A DNA stretch of 64,000 nucleotides from assembly GCF_030144855.1 (NCBI RefSeq), contig NC_082720.1, forward strand, positions 55,986,001-56,050,000, read 5' to 3'. Source of the DNA: Hypanus sabinus (lineage: Eukaryota). The notes under the pieces were generated by a model. It saw only the letters and a program-made list of their open reading frames with translations, did not search any database and was not told the origin of the DNA. Every line of letters begins with the position of its first letter. Position 1 is the first letter of the stretch. The position numbers and the translations under genes are program-made. Positions 34,730 through 47,709 of this stretch are shown here, piece by piece.

Positions 34730-37009
34730 ACCAGAAAGTTGCTATAAAACTGGAGGTTTTTTTTTACAAAATCCTAACATTTACTTAAGTTTGGAAAGTA
34801 AATACTATTGCCTTTCATTATTTGGTTGTTTATCAGAAACACTGTACCCATAAGTTGATCCAGTTATGTAACCATGGTTAGATTTGATTGCCTAGCCGAC
34901 TGACTGACGAAAGCCCATATCGTATCCTGAATGGTTAACAGTTAATGTTTGAAAATCCGTGCTGATATTCAATCCACTGACCGGTAAGGGTTTGGCACCT
35001 TTTAATATATAAAAGCTGCGCTTACTTATGAAAGGACAATGTTGAAACACTGCAGTTTAATGCTTAATTTGGCATCAAGTTAGGTACTTTTTTTTCTTCA
35101 GGTAAAGAAATATTGTGAGCTGCTTCTAACTTTCATGCGATACGTGATATTCAGTGGTATATTTACACTACAGCTAGTTATACTTTCAGAGCCTCCCCCC
35201 TCTACCTTGTTCATCCTCCTCCTGTAGCATGATATTATTTATCTTATGCTTATCAAGCTTTCGCTTACACCATGCTATTTGACGGAATGTGCTGCCGTGT
35301 TCCGCAACGTTAACTGGAATTATTTTCCCTGAATTACCTGCTGATTTATTAATATTTGGTTATTTTTAGGATCCTTGATCATTGGCCATAATATTTTATC
35401 GTAGGCGTTGCTCATGCAAATATTTTCCTTTTATTTACCCTGTTGAATTATCTTAGAAACTTTATCCAATTCGTTCAGCAATATTCCGACTTTCCTTAAT
35501 TTACAATTTCACTTGAAACATGACATCGTTTTGTTTAATTTTCCCGCATGTCGCCTAGTTGATATCAAATGTACTTCCGAACTAAACTTGTGGCGATGCT
35601 GCTCTGTTTTTGAATTCCATTCTGCTGTAGTTGGCTCCTGGAGTCTGCTGCCTGCATTCTTTCTAAAGGGCGTATTCTGAATGATTAGTTTTCGTGATTT
35701 GTTTATTTCTGTCTTTGATTAAGTTTCCTCCAAATTGCTGTCGATATTGTTAATTTCATATATTATCCTGTTATACTCTTCCAAATAAAATGTCCTTTCG
35801 TTCATTTCTCTATTTTGTGCCTGTTTTGTTAACCATTTGTTAATCGTACAAGTCATCGTATTCTGCTTATGTCACATTATTTTCCTGTCACTATTAGCTA
35901 ATAGGAAGCAGTAGCGTTCGTTGCCTGTAATGGATTGGTTTATATTTTAAACTGTACTTCCGAACCTAGCTGCAATTATTTATTATCGGCGTATCATTGA
36001 CAGTTATGTTTGCAACAGAATCTGTCCTGGATTATTATTTCATGTATTGCCAGTTTGTTATTTTGCACCTAATTGCGAATGATCTCATCTGTCTTTAGGA
36101 CAGATACTCCTCTACTCTTCTACAAATCCATTTGGACACCATTCTCTGATTTTTGGCATTATTCCGCAGACATTCCTTATTCAAGATCAGTTGAAATTTC
36201 AGAAGAATAGAAACAAACATAGCAGCACTCAATATTTTTGCCTTCACTTTCTGCTATTTTTTCAGTTAGTTCAACAAGATTGATTGATGAATACATTCAA
36301 TTTTGATAGCCTCACTGATTCTCTTTTTGATTCTGTATTTCTTCTTTGGATGCTTTATAAATTTCACATTTAGCAGAGATTATCTTTAGTCGCTTTAACA
36401 TTTCGTTATGTGGTGTACAATCCACTAAGTAATTTTAATGCCGATTTACGAACAAAAACTATAAATAGTCGCTTGCTCATCCTGTGACAGGAAATCCCTG
36501 CGTGGCTACCGTATCTGTTCGTTGTATTTCGTATTCCCTCACTCTTTTATTCAAACTTTGTGGATGCATTCCACTTCGATCAGATATATTATCCCCCGTT
36601 ATTCTCATCAATTCAATGGCGAACACTCATGTAAATCTCCCAGAATTGCTCCAACTATTTATTCCCGAAAAACATAAAGTGTCTACCAAGACATTGGCAT
36701 GGAGCCATAGGTACATAGATCCTTTGAAATGCTGGTGTGAAGACGAAGGGATTTTGCATACTTGTCTTCAATTATCGGTACGCTGCGTGCAAGAATTAGG
36801 ACACAATGATTTAACTGTACAAGCTGTTGCTAACAACACACTTGGGGTGTGTCGTACAGTCCTCGTCGTCCGGGTATAAGAATGATAGATAGGGTACAGA
36901 TAAGGATAATAAAGTTGTTTCAAGCGCTGGAGGACCAGGGTTATTTGGAGAGTCTTTATGACTGAGAGGGCGTCTTGTATATCGACAGAGATGCCGGAGA
37001 ATGTCATCT

Positions 37010-37405
37010 TAGCCTTTCTCCTTGGAGCAACGGAATTCGAGAGGTGACCTGATATAAGATGATGAGAGACATTGATCGTGTGGATAGTCAGATGCTTATT
37101 TCCCAGGGCTGAAATGGCTATCACTGAAAGGGTGGAGTTTTAAGGTGCTTGGAAGTAGGTTCAGAGGAGATGAAGGGTAAGATTTTTACGCAGAGAGTGG
37201 TAAGTGCATGGAATGGGGTGCCGGCGGTTGTGGTGGAGGCGGATACAATAAGGTCTTTTAAGAGACTCCTGGATATGGACTTGGAGCTTAGAAAAATAGA
37301 GGGCTATATAGAGGTAATTTCTAAAGTAAGTACATGTTCCGCACAACATTGTGGGCCGAAGGGCCTGTATTGTGCTGTAGTTTTTTTTTATGTTTCTATG
37401 TTTCT
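37010..37405 (+). mobile_element. CR1 LINE 3' fragment
   Basis: FTQRVVSAWNGVP motif; tail TATGTTTCTATGTTTCTA. Confidence 0.88.
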
Positions 37406-37689
37406 AACGCCGTGAATGCTGGTACAATGTTAATGTTGAAAAACAGATTCATGGAGAGAAAATGTTAAGACCCATATGGGCCAAATGTAGTGAAAGGGGA
37501 TTAGCTCCAACAGACATTTGGGTCTGCATTGGCGATGGGCAAGTGGCCTGTTTCTCTCTGGTACATTGCTACGACCCCCGTCACTGGCTTGTGAACCAAC
37601 CCGAATAAAGGTGACTTAAAATAAATATGAATTTTTGTCAATATAGGCGAGCTCACAATGTGCACTTGTTGGAGCTAGAAGGCCATAAG

Positions 37690-38242
37690 TTCAGACTTCA
37701 AAGTTCAAAGTAAATATATTATCAAAGTACATATACGTTACCATATACAACAGCGAATTTCATTTTCTTGCGGGCATACTCAATAAATCAATGATAGAAT
37801 AATAACCATAACAGAATCAATGAAAAACCGTACTAAAAGGGCATTAAACTAATGTGCAAAGGACAATAACCTCTGCAAATACAAAAAGACAGAATTAATA
37901 ATAAATCAGGAAACAAGTAATATCAAGATCATGAGGTGAAAAATTCTCGGAAGAGAGTCCATACGTTATGGAAACATTTCTATGTTGGGGCAAATGAAGT
38001 TGAGTGCAGTTATCCACCTTGGTTCAAGAGCTTGATGTTTGAAGTTTACTAACTATTCTTGAACCTGGTGATGAAAGTCCTGAGGCTCCTGTCCTTTTTT
38101 TCCTGTGACTCTGCTCTGTGTAGATGAACTCAATGGTGGGGAGGGCTTTGCCCGGGATGGACTGGCCCATATCCAGTAAATTTTGTAGGATTGATGTTTA
38201 AATACCAGTTGTGCTGCACCACACATAGAACATAGAAATTCA
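37690..38242 (-). mobile_element. Rex1/Babar-type LINE 3' fragment
   Basis: Tail TTCAAAGTTCAAAGT at ~37697; body resembles the reverse complement of 62450-63000. Confidence 0.6.
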
Positions 38243-38678
38243 CAGCATATTTCAGCCCATAATATAGTGCTGAACTCGTAAACTACACAAGAAACTGCCT
38301 AGAATTTCCCTTGCGCATCGCCCTCTATTTTGCTAAGCTCCATGTACCTATCTAAGAGGTTCTTAAAAGACCCTGTTATATCCATTTCCACCACCGCTGC
38401 CAGCAGGGCAATCCACCCACCCACCACTCTCTGTGTGAAAAACTTACCCCTGCCATCCTTCTGGTACCGATTTCCAAGTACCTCAAAACTATGTGCCCTG
38501 GTGTTAGTCATTTCAGCCTTGGGAAAAAGCCTCTTGCTATCCACACGATCAATGCCCCTCATGATCCTATCAACTTCTATCCGGTTAACATTCATCTTCC
38601 ATCGCTCCAAGGAGAAAAGGCCACGTACACACAGCCTATTCTCATAAGGTACGCCCTCCAATCCAGGCAACATCCTTG

Positions 38679-38814
38679 AAAACACGAGGAAATCTGCAGA
38701 GGCTGTAAATTCATGCAACACACACAAAATGCTGGTGGAACACAGCAGGCCAGGCAGCATCTATAGGGAGAAGCACTGTCGACGTTTCGGACCGAGACCA
38801 TTCTTCAAGACACC
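38679..38814 (-). mobile_element. Solo Penelope pseudo-LTR fragment with degenerate hammerhead; TSD TCCTTG
   Basis: TCCTTG at 38673-78 and 38815-20; the minus strand reads GTCTTGAAGAATGGTCTCGGTCCGAAACGTCGAC. Confidence 0.85.
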
Positions 38815-39760
38815 TCCTTGTAAATCTCCTCTGCACTTTCTCTAAAGTATCTACATCCTTCCTGTAGTGAGGTGACCAGGACTGCACACAGTGCAACATG
38901 TGGGGTCTGACCAAGCTCTTCTATACCTGTGGCACTACCTTATGGCTCTTGAACTCAATCCCATAGTTGATAGATGACAAGACACCATACGCCTTCTTAA
39001 CAACACAGTCAACCTGCACAGCATATTTGAGTGTCCTATCGACACAGACCCCATGATCTCTCAAATTCTCCACACTGCCAAGATTATTACAATTTATTTT
39101 ATATTCTGTCTTCAAATTTGACCTACTAAAGTGAACTGCTTCACAGTTATCTGGGTTGAAGTCCATCTGCCACCTCCGAGCCCAGTTCTGCATCATATCG
39201 ACGTTCCGCTGTAATCTTTGACAACCCTCCAGACAATCCACATCATCTCCAAACTTTGTGTCATCTACAAACGTACTAACCCAACCCTTTACTTCTTCAG
39301 CCAGATCATATAAAAATCACAAAAAAGAGGGGGTCCCAGAGCAGATCTCTGATGTCGCCACTTGTCAACGACCTCAATGCAGAATACGAACCATCTACAA
39401 CCACCCTTTGCCTTCCATTTGGAAGACGGTTCTGGATCTACAAAACAAGGTCTCCTTGGATCCCATGACTCCTTACTTTCTGCAGGAGCCTCGCATTGGG
39501 AACCTTATCAAAACCCTTGCTGACATCCTTATACATTACATCCACTGCTCTACCTTCATTAATGTGTTTTGTTACATCTTCAAAGAATTCAATCAGGCTC
39601 GTAAGGCTCAACATGCCGTTGACAAAACCATGCTGAATATTCCTAATCAGATTATGCCTCCCCAAATGTTTATAAATCCTGCGTCTCAGGATCTTATCCA
39701 ACAACTTGCCCACCACTGAAATCAGTCTCACTGGCCTATAATTTTCTGTGTTATCTCTAC

Positions 39761-40660
39761 TGTTATGTGGTGGGCACCAGTGAATATCGAATGGTGTCAG
39801 GGTTCATAAACAAACATAAACATTTATTAAACTCTGCGTAATAAAAGTGAAAAGTAAACAAACGACTAACGTAACCGGAAGTTAACTGTTGTACGGCAAT
39901 TTAACAAACAGCCAAACTCAGGAACAGTTCTTAAAGTGGTAAATTCGAACACAGTCTTAAAGTGGTTTATCCAGTCATTAAGGAGAGACTGTACTGCAAC
40001 AATTCCTCTGAAGAAAATGACGATTCTGCCGATCACAGTCGAGAGATGCCTTGTCGAAAGGATTCACGACGAAGGAACTAAAACGGCTTAAAGGAACTGG
40101 GCTCTTTGCTGGAGGGTGAACACTTCACAAACCTTCCTGGTCTTGCAGGAGTTATCTCAGATGCAAGTCACTATTCCTGAACGAAGATTCAGTAAGGTGG
40201 ATCCTTTACAGACCCGCCGAACGACACAAGCTTTACTCGATTATTCGGGTTCCCGTACTTCGGTAAGGTCTTCACTCTCCAACACTAGACTGTAAAGGTA
40301 AATCAGAAGGTGCACCAAACCAGAAGTGGCAGCGATTGGTGAAACTGCCGACACAACGGTTTGGCACTTACAATAGAAAGTAAAAACTCCACATTAAAAC
40401 GAAACTGCGTCATGAAACGAACACGCAGCAAAACTAACTATCGAACTACCCTGCGTCACAACAGAGGTTTCCCCTTATATACCTGTTGGAACATGCCATC
40501 ACATGACCGCACACCAGCGTGATAATTACATCATGTGACCTCACACTGGCGGGAAAATTATATCAGCCCACCAACAGAAGACAATTACATCATGCTCACA
40601 AGATACTCAATTACATCATGGTCATAAAACAGTCACATGGTAGCCACGGGGTATGTAACA
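39761..40660 (-). mobile_element. 900-bp solo LTR (TGTTA...TAACA, 4-bp TSD CTAC), probably Gypsy-type
   Basis: CTAC at 39757-60 and 40661-64; inverted termini; minus-strand TATA (TATATAAG ~40474-81) and AATAAA (~39823-28); the host CR1 rejoins across it. Confidence 0.88.
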
Positions 40661-43600
40661 CTACTCACATTCTTGAATCAGGGAACAACATTTTCAACCC
40701 CCAAAACCTCCGGTACTTTATCTGCCACTGTTGATGACGTTAAGAGGCTCAGCAATCTCGCTTCCCACAGTATCCTGCGGTATTTATCATCCGGTCCCTG
40801 CGACTTATCTAACTGAATCCTTTCCAAAAGCTCCAGCACATCCACTTTTCTGAAAGTCTATGTGCTCAAACATTTCAGTCCGCTCTCACTCAACCCCTCT
40901 TAACGGCCAATGTATTTTCCCTGGTGAATACTGAAGCAAAGTATTCATTAAATACCTCCACTACCTCCTCCGACTCCAGGCACAAGTTTCCACTATCGCA
41001 CCTGATTAGTCCTATTCTCACATGACTCATCCTCTTGCTCTTCACATACTTGCAGAATGCTTTGGGGTTTTCTTTAATCCTGCTCACCAAGGCCTTCTCA
41101 TGGCCCCTTCTGGTTCTCCTAACTCCATTCCTAAGCTCTTTCCTAGAAATGTTGTAATTTTCTGGAGCTCTAACAGTACCTAGTTTCTTTAACCTTTCGT
41201 AAGCTTTTCTTTTCTTCTTCACTAGATTATCTGCATCCTTTGAATACCATTGTTGTTTAATCCTGCGATCCTTTCCCTGTCTCAGTGGAACCTGACCCCT
41301 GTTCCCTGAACAGTTGCCACATTTCTGCTATGTCTTTCTCTGAGAACATCCGCTCCCAATTTATGATCCCAAATTCCAGCTTAATAGCATTATAATTTCC
41401 ACAAATGAATATTTTCCCAAGCTGTTTGCTGCTGTCCCTCTCCAGCGCTATGGTGAAGGAGATAGTGTTGTGGTCACTACCTCCAAAATGCTCCCCTACC
41501 AAGAGATCTGACACCTGACCAGTCTCATTTCCCAATAGCAATCAATTACACGCTCTCCTGTAGTTAGCGTGTGTACATATTGTGTCAGGAAGCCTTCCTT
41601 AACACAACTAACAAACTCCGCCCCATGTAAACCCCTTGCGCTAAGGGGATGCCGATCAATACTAGGAAAGTTGAAATCTCTCATCACAATAACCCGATTA
41701 TTATTGCACCGTTCCAGAATCTGCCACCCTATCTGCTCCTCGATATCCCTGTTACTATTGTGGAGATCTATAAAAAACACCCAGTAGAGGTATTGCCCCT
41801 TTCCTGTTTCTGACTTCCACCCACACTGACTCAGTAGACCATCCTTCCATGACTTCCACCTTCTCTGCAGCCATGAAACTATCCCAAATTAGCAATGCCA
41901 CGCCACGTTCTTTTAGGAACATCTAAGCCTGGCACACTCAGCAGCCATTCCAGTTCCTGAAACATCCAAGTCTCTGTAATGGCCACAACGTCACAATTCC
42001 ACGTATTGATCCACGTTCTCAGTTCTTCCGCTTTGTTTATAATACCCCTTGCATTAAATGGACACATCTCAAACTATCAGGCTGAACGCATGTTTGCTCT
42101 AATACCTGCCTATCCTTCCTCATAAACTACCCACAAGCTGTCTCTATATGTGCTCCTACCGCCCGTCCTCGGCTCTTTCACTTCGGATCCCAGTCCCCTG
42201 AAAATCTAGTTTAACCGCCCCACCCCCCACAAATAGCATTAATAAACTTTCCCGCCGGGATATGGGTCCTCCTCGGATTCAAGTGCAATTCATTCTTTTT
42301 GTACAGGTCACACCTGTCCCAGAAGAGATCCCAATGATCCAAAAAATCTGAATCCTTGCCCCCTGTTCCAATTCTTCAGCTACACATTTATCCTCCACAC
42401 CATTCTATTCCTATACTTACTGTCACATGGCACAGGCAGCAATCCCGAGATTATAACCTTTGAGGAACTGCTTCTCAGCTTCCTTCCTAACTCCCTGTAT
42501 TCTGCTTTCACGACATCTGGTTTCTTACCCTCCCATTTCAGGATATTGTAGATGCGCTGAGAAGCATCACGATCCTTGGCAGCTGGGAGGTAAATCCTTG
42601 TTACTTTTTCGCGTTCACAGAATCGCCTATCTGCACCCTACCCCTAACTATAGAGTCCCCTATTGCCGCTTCCCTCTTCTTCCAACCCCTTACCCTTCTG
42701 AGCCACCGAGCCAGACTCAGTGCCAGAGACACGTATACTGTTGCATCCCCCAGGTAGGTCGTCACCCCCAACAGCACTCATAATGGAGTCCTTATTGTTA
42801 AGGGGAACAGCCACAGTGGTGCTCTCCATTACACATCTAGAGAGGTTTGTGTAATAAATAGAATTATTTAGCTTTCGGTTTATTATTTGTTTGTTTGTGT
42901 AAAGAAGAACCCGAAACGTTTCAGGTTCTGAAGCTGAAATTCTAACTCGTCTTCTTTCTATATATGATTCCTGACCGGCTGAGTTTTATTTTCAATATTC
43001 TCGCTTTCAGAATTCTGACACTGTTGATTTTTTTTTCATGGTTTTCTTAGAATTTAAGTTAACTTGTTTTTTTTTCTCTCCAGTACTTTTCAATTGCGCT
43101 TCAATTCTATTCCACAGCAAGTGTGATTAGAACCGGGGAAACTGCATTTAAGTAAAAAATTTTGCCCCTTCATGATCGCTTACTCGCTCAAATATTTTTA
43201 GCAGTTTTATATTTGTGAAACAGTACATGGTTATTTTCTGAACTTCCAAGAAGAAATGAACAACATAAGCCACAATTTATTATAGGGCAGATGCAGGACC
43301 ATTATTCCGGGGAATAGAATTAGAAACATAGAAACACGGATAACCTACAGCACAGTGCAGGCCCATCGGCCCAGAAAGCTGTGCCGAACAGGTCCTTACC
43401 TTAGAAATTACCAAAGGTTACCCAGAACCCTCTATTTTTCTAAGCTCCATTTACCTATTCAGAAATCTCTTAAAAGACCCTATCATAATCGCCTCCTCCA
43501 CTGACGCTGGCAGGCCCATTCCCCGCACTCACCACTCTGCGGGTAAAAATCTTACCCCTGATATCTCCCTCACCTAGCACCTACTTTCCAGCACCTTAAA

Positions 43601-44001
43601 ACTGTGCCCTCTCGTGCTAACTATTTCAGCCCTGGGTAAAAGACTCTGACTATCCACACGATCGATACCTCTCATCATCTTATACACCTCTATCAGGTCT
43701 CCTATCATCCTCCGTCGCTCCAAGGAGAAAAGGCCGAGTCCACCCAACTTGTTCTCAGAAGGCATACTCGTCAAACCAGGGAACATCCTTGTAAATCTCG
43801 TCTGCACTCTTTCTATGGTTTCCACATCCTTCCTGAGTGAGGCGACCAGACCTGTGCACACTATTCCAAGTGGGTTCTGACCAGGGTCGTTTACAGCTGT
43901 AATATTACCTGTCGGCTTTTTAACTCAATGCCACGGTTGATGAAGGCCGATGCACTGTATGCCTTCTTAACTACAGAGTCAACCTGCACAGCAGCTTTGA
44001 G

Positions 44002-44032
44002 TACATGGTACATGGTACATAGTACATGGTAC
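44002..44032. repeat. Short tandem repeat (TACATGG)~4
   Basis: GTACATGGTACATGGTACATAGTACATGGTAC inside CR1. Confidence 0.8.
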
Positions 44033-44391
44033 TATGGACTCGGATGCCCAGATCCCTCTGATTCTCCACAATGCCAAGAGTCTTAATATTAATACTATAT
44101 TCTGTCATCATAGTTGACTTACCAAAATGAACCACTTCACACTTACCTTGGTTGAACTTCATATGCCACTTCTCAGCCCAGGTTTGCATCCTGTAGCCTC
44201 TAACAGTCCTCCATGCTATCCACAACCTGCCCAACGTTTGTGCCATCAGCAATTTTTAACCCATCGCTCCACATGTTCATCCGGGTCATTGATTAAAATA
44301 ACGAAGAGTAGGGGTCGCAGAACAGATTCCTGAGGCAAACCAATGGTCACCGACCTCTATTTAGAATATGACCCGTCTGCAACCACTCCTT

Positions 44392-45488
44392 ATAACCATA
44401 TAACAATTACAGCATGGAAACAGGCCATCTTGGCCCTTCTAGTCCGTGCCGAACGCTTACTCTCACCTAGGCCCACCTACCTGCACTCAGCCCGTAACCC
44501 TCCATTCCTTTCCTGTCCATATAATTATCCATTTTTTTAAAATGACAAAAGCGAAACTGCCTCTACCATTCTACTGGAATCTCGTTCCACACAGCTGCCA
44601 CTTTCTGAGTAAACTTTTTGTGTTACCTCCAAACGTTTGCCCTTAATTCTCAACTCAGGACCTCTTGTTTGAATCTCCCCTACTCTCAATGGAAAAAAAA
44701 GCCTTTCCACACCAACTCTATCTATCCCCCTTATAATTTTAAATACCTCTATCAAGTAGCCCCTCAACCTTCTACGCTGCAAAGAATAAAGACCTAACTT
44801 GTTCAAGCTTTCTCTGTAATTTAGGTGCTGAAACCCAGGTAACGTTCTGGTAAATCTCCTCTGAACTCTTTCTATTTTGTTGACATCTTTCTTATAATTC
44901 GCTGACCAGAACTCTATACAATACTTCACAATTGGCCTCAACAATGCCTTGTACAATTTTAACATTACATCCCAACTCCTATACTCAATGCTCTGATTTA
45001 TAAAGGCCAGCATAAAAAAAGCATTCTTCACCACCCTATCCACATGAGATTCCACCTTCAGGGAACTATGCATCATTATTCCTAGATCACTCTGTTCTAC
45101 TGCATTCCTCAATGCCCTACCATTTACCATGTATGTCCTATTTTGATTAGTCCTACCAAAATGTAGCACCTCACACTTATCTGCATTAAACTCCATCTGC
45201 CATATTTCTGCCCACTCTTCTAACTTGCCTAAATCTCTCTGCAAGCTTTGAAAACCCTCTTCATTATCCACAACGCCATCTATCCTAGTACCATCTGCAT
45301 ACTTACTAATACAATTTACCAGCTCATCATCCAGATCATTAATGTATATGACAATCAACATTGGACCCAGTACAGATGGGTACCACTAGTATGGGCACAC
45401 CACTAGTCACCGGCCTCCAACCTGACAGTTATCCACCACTACACTCTGCCATCTGCCATTCAGCCACTGTTCAATCCATTTTACTACT
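44392..45488 (-). mobile_element. Younger 5'-truncated CR1 nested in CR1 (candidate TSD TCCTT)
   Basis: 274-aa minus ORF (YINDLD...KYADGTR...LYKALLRP); different tail (TATAACCATATAACA); TCCTT at 44387-91 and 45489-93. Confidence 0.88.
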
Positions 45489-46642
45489 TCCTTGCATTCT
45501 GTGGGCAAGTAAGTTCTGGATCCTCAAAGCAATATCCCCTTGGATCCCATGCCTCCTTACTTTCTCACGAAGCTTTGCATGGAGTTATCAAATGCCTTGC
45601 TGAAATCCATACACACTACTTTTACTGCTCTACCTTCATCAATGCGTTTAGTCAAATCCTCAGAAAAATCAGTCAGGCTCGTAAGGTATAACCTGCCCGT
45701 GACAGAGTCACGCTGACTATTCTTAATGCCTCTCCAAATGTACACAAGTCCTGCCTCTCAGGGTCTTCTCCATCAACTTACCAACCAATGAAGTAAGACT
45801 CACTGGTTTATAATTTCCAGGGCTATCTGTACTCCCTTTCTTTAATAAGGGAACAACGTCTGGAGCCCTCCAATCCTCCAGAATCCCATTGAAGAGGCAA
45901 CAAGCATCGCCCAAGGCTCAGCAATATCCTCCCTCGCCTCCCACAGTAGCCTGGGGTATAGCTCATCTGGTCCCTGTTACCTATCCAACTGGATGCTCTC
46001 CAAAAGCTTCAACTAATCCTCTTTCTTAATATCTACATGCTCAAGTTTTCAGTCCACTGTAAATCATCCCTACAATCGCCAAGATCCTTTTCTGTCGTGA
46101 ATATTGAAGCAAAGTACACATTAAGTACCTCTGCTATGTCTTCCGGTTCCATACAGAATTTTCCACTTTCACACTTGATTGGTCCTAACCTCTTACAGCT
46201 TATCCTCTCGCTCTTCACGTACTTGCAGAATGCCTTGTGGTTTTCCGTAATCCTGTCCACCAAGGCCTTTTCATGGCCCCTTCAGTCTCTGCCAATTTCA
46301 GTCTTAAGCTCCTGCATGCTAGCCTTATAATCTACTAGATGTCTAGCACTACCGAGTTCTTTGAACGTTTCGTAAGGTTTTCCTTTATCCTTGACTAGAT
46401 TTACAACAACCTTTGTACACCACGTTTCCTGTACCCTACAATCCTTTTCGTCTCATTGAAATGTATTTATGCAGAACTCCACGCAAATATCCCCTGAACA
46501 TTTTTCACATTTCTTCCGTACATTTCCCTGAGAACAACTGCTCCCAATTTATGTTTCCAACTTCCTGACTGATAGCCTCATGTCTCCCCTCACTCCTTTT
46601 AAAAGCTTTCCGAACTTATCTGTTCCTGTCCCTCTCCAATGT

Positions 46643-46756
46643 GACCAATTAACCTCCTAACCAGTACGTCGTTGCGATGTGTGAGAAACCTGGAGGAAAC
46701 ACTCACAGTCATGCAGAGAGCATACAGACACCTTACAGACAACTGCAAGAACTCAA
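46643..46756 (-). mobile_element. V-SINE-like fragment
   Basis: CCAATTAACCT...GAAACCTGGAGGAAACACTCACAGTCA...CATACAGACACCTTACAGAC resembles the reverse complement of the vertebrate V-SINE central domain. Confidence 0.6.
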
Positions 46757-46920
46757 CTGAGAGGCAGGACTTATGTACATTTGGAGAGGCATAATATGAT
46801 TAAGAATAGTCAGCATGACTCTGTCAAGGGCAGGTTATACCTTACGAGCCTGACTGATTTTTCTGAGGATTTGACTAAACGCATTGATGAAGGTAGAGCA
46901 GTAAAAGTAGTGTGTATGGA
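46757..46920 (+). repeat. Inverted local duplication of 45606-45761
   Basis: Reverse complement nearly identical (3 substitutions plus one 8-nt indel by manual alignment). Confidence 0.9.
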
Positions 46921-47709
46921 GATAGAATTGTGAGCACTATTTACAAAATGCTCTCCCACTGGGAGATTTGATACCTGACTAGGTTCATTTCCCAATACCA
47001 GTTAAAGTTCCACCCCACCTCTTGAAAGCCTGTCTACATGTTGTGTCAAAAAACCTTCCTGAACACACCTAACTCCACGACATCTAAACATCTTGTTCTG
47101 GGGAGATGTCAGTCGATATTTGGGAAATTAAAATCTCCCACCACGACAACCCTGTTATTAATAGACCTTTCCAGAATCTGTCTCCCTATCTGCTCATCGA
47201 TGTCCCTATTACTATTGGGTGGTCTATAATAAATACCCTGTAGAGTTATTGACTCCCTCCTGTTCCAAACTTCTACCCACCGAGACTCTACGTAGACAAT
47301 CCCCCATGACTTCCTCCTTTTCTGCAGATTTAGGACGGAAATGAGGATATATTCTATATCCCAGACAGCAGAAAGGGGAGAAGGCAGAGGAATAGTGTTC
47401 AGATGGATTAAAAAAAAGCCCACGATAGAATGGTGAGGTAGACTTGATGGGCCGAATTGCCTAATCCTGTTCCCATTTCTTATGGTCATATAGTAGCGAA
47501 TCTGTAGAATTCATTGCCCAGGTAGTCTACCTTATAATATATATTTAAAATATAGTTATGTAGAGTTTTGTATAGCAGAGGATTTAATGGTTATGGGGAT
47601 ATGGCAAATGCATGGACTGAGTCCACCGCCAGATCAGCCATGATCTCCCTGAAAGGTCGAAAAGGCTCGCCAGGTCAGATGGCAGACTGCTGCTCCGATT
47701 TCTAATGTT

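Larger units (their letters stand above)
38243..42830 (-). mobile_element. Near full-length decayed CR1 LINE hosting two nested insertions
   Basis: Minus-strand ORF1 end (AVPLNNK; GGDDLPGG), endonuclease (FNARGIINKAEEL...VAITETW), RT (IQHGFVNG...SKGFDKVP); 3' tail CATAGAACATAG at ~38244. Confidence 0.92.
43320..47330 (-). mobile_element. Decayed CR1 LINE with nested CR1, SINE fragment and inverted duplication
   Basis: Minus ORF2 pieces (RPPNSNRDIDEQIGRQIL...VGDFNFPNID; PGNYKPVSLTSLVGKLME; ERVQTRFTRMFPG); 3' tail AGAAACATAGAAACA at ~43322. Confidence 0.9.
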
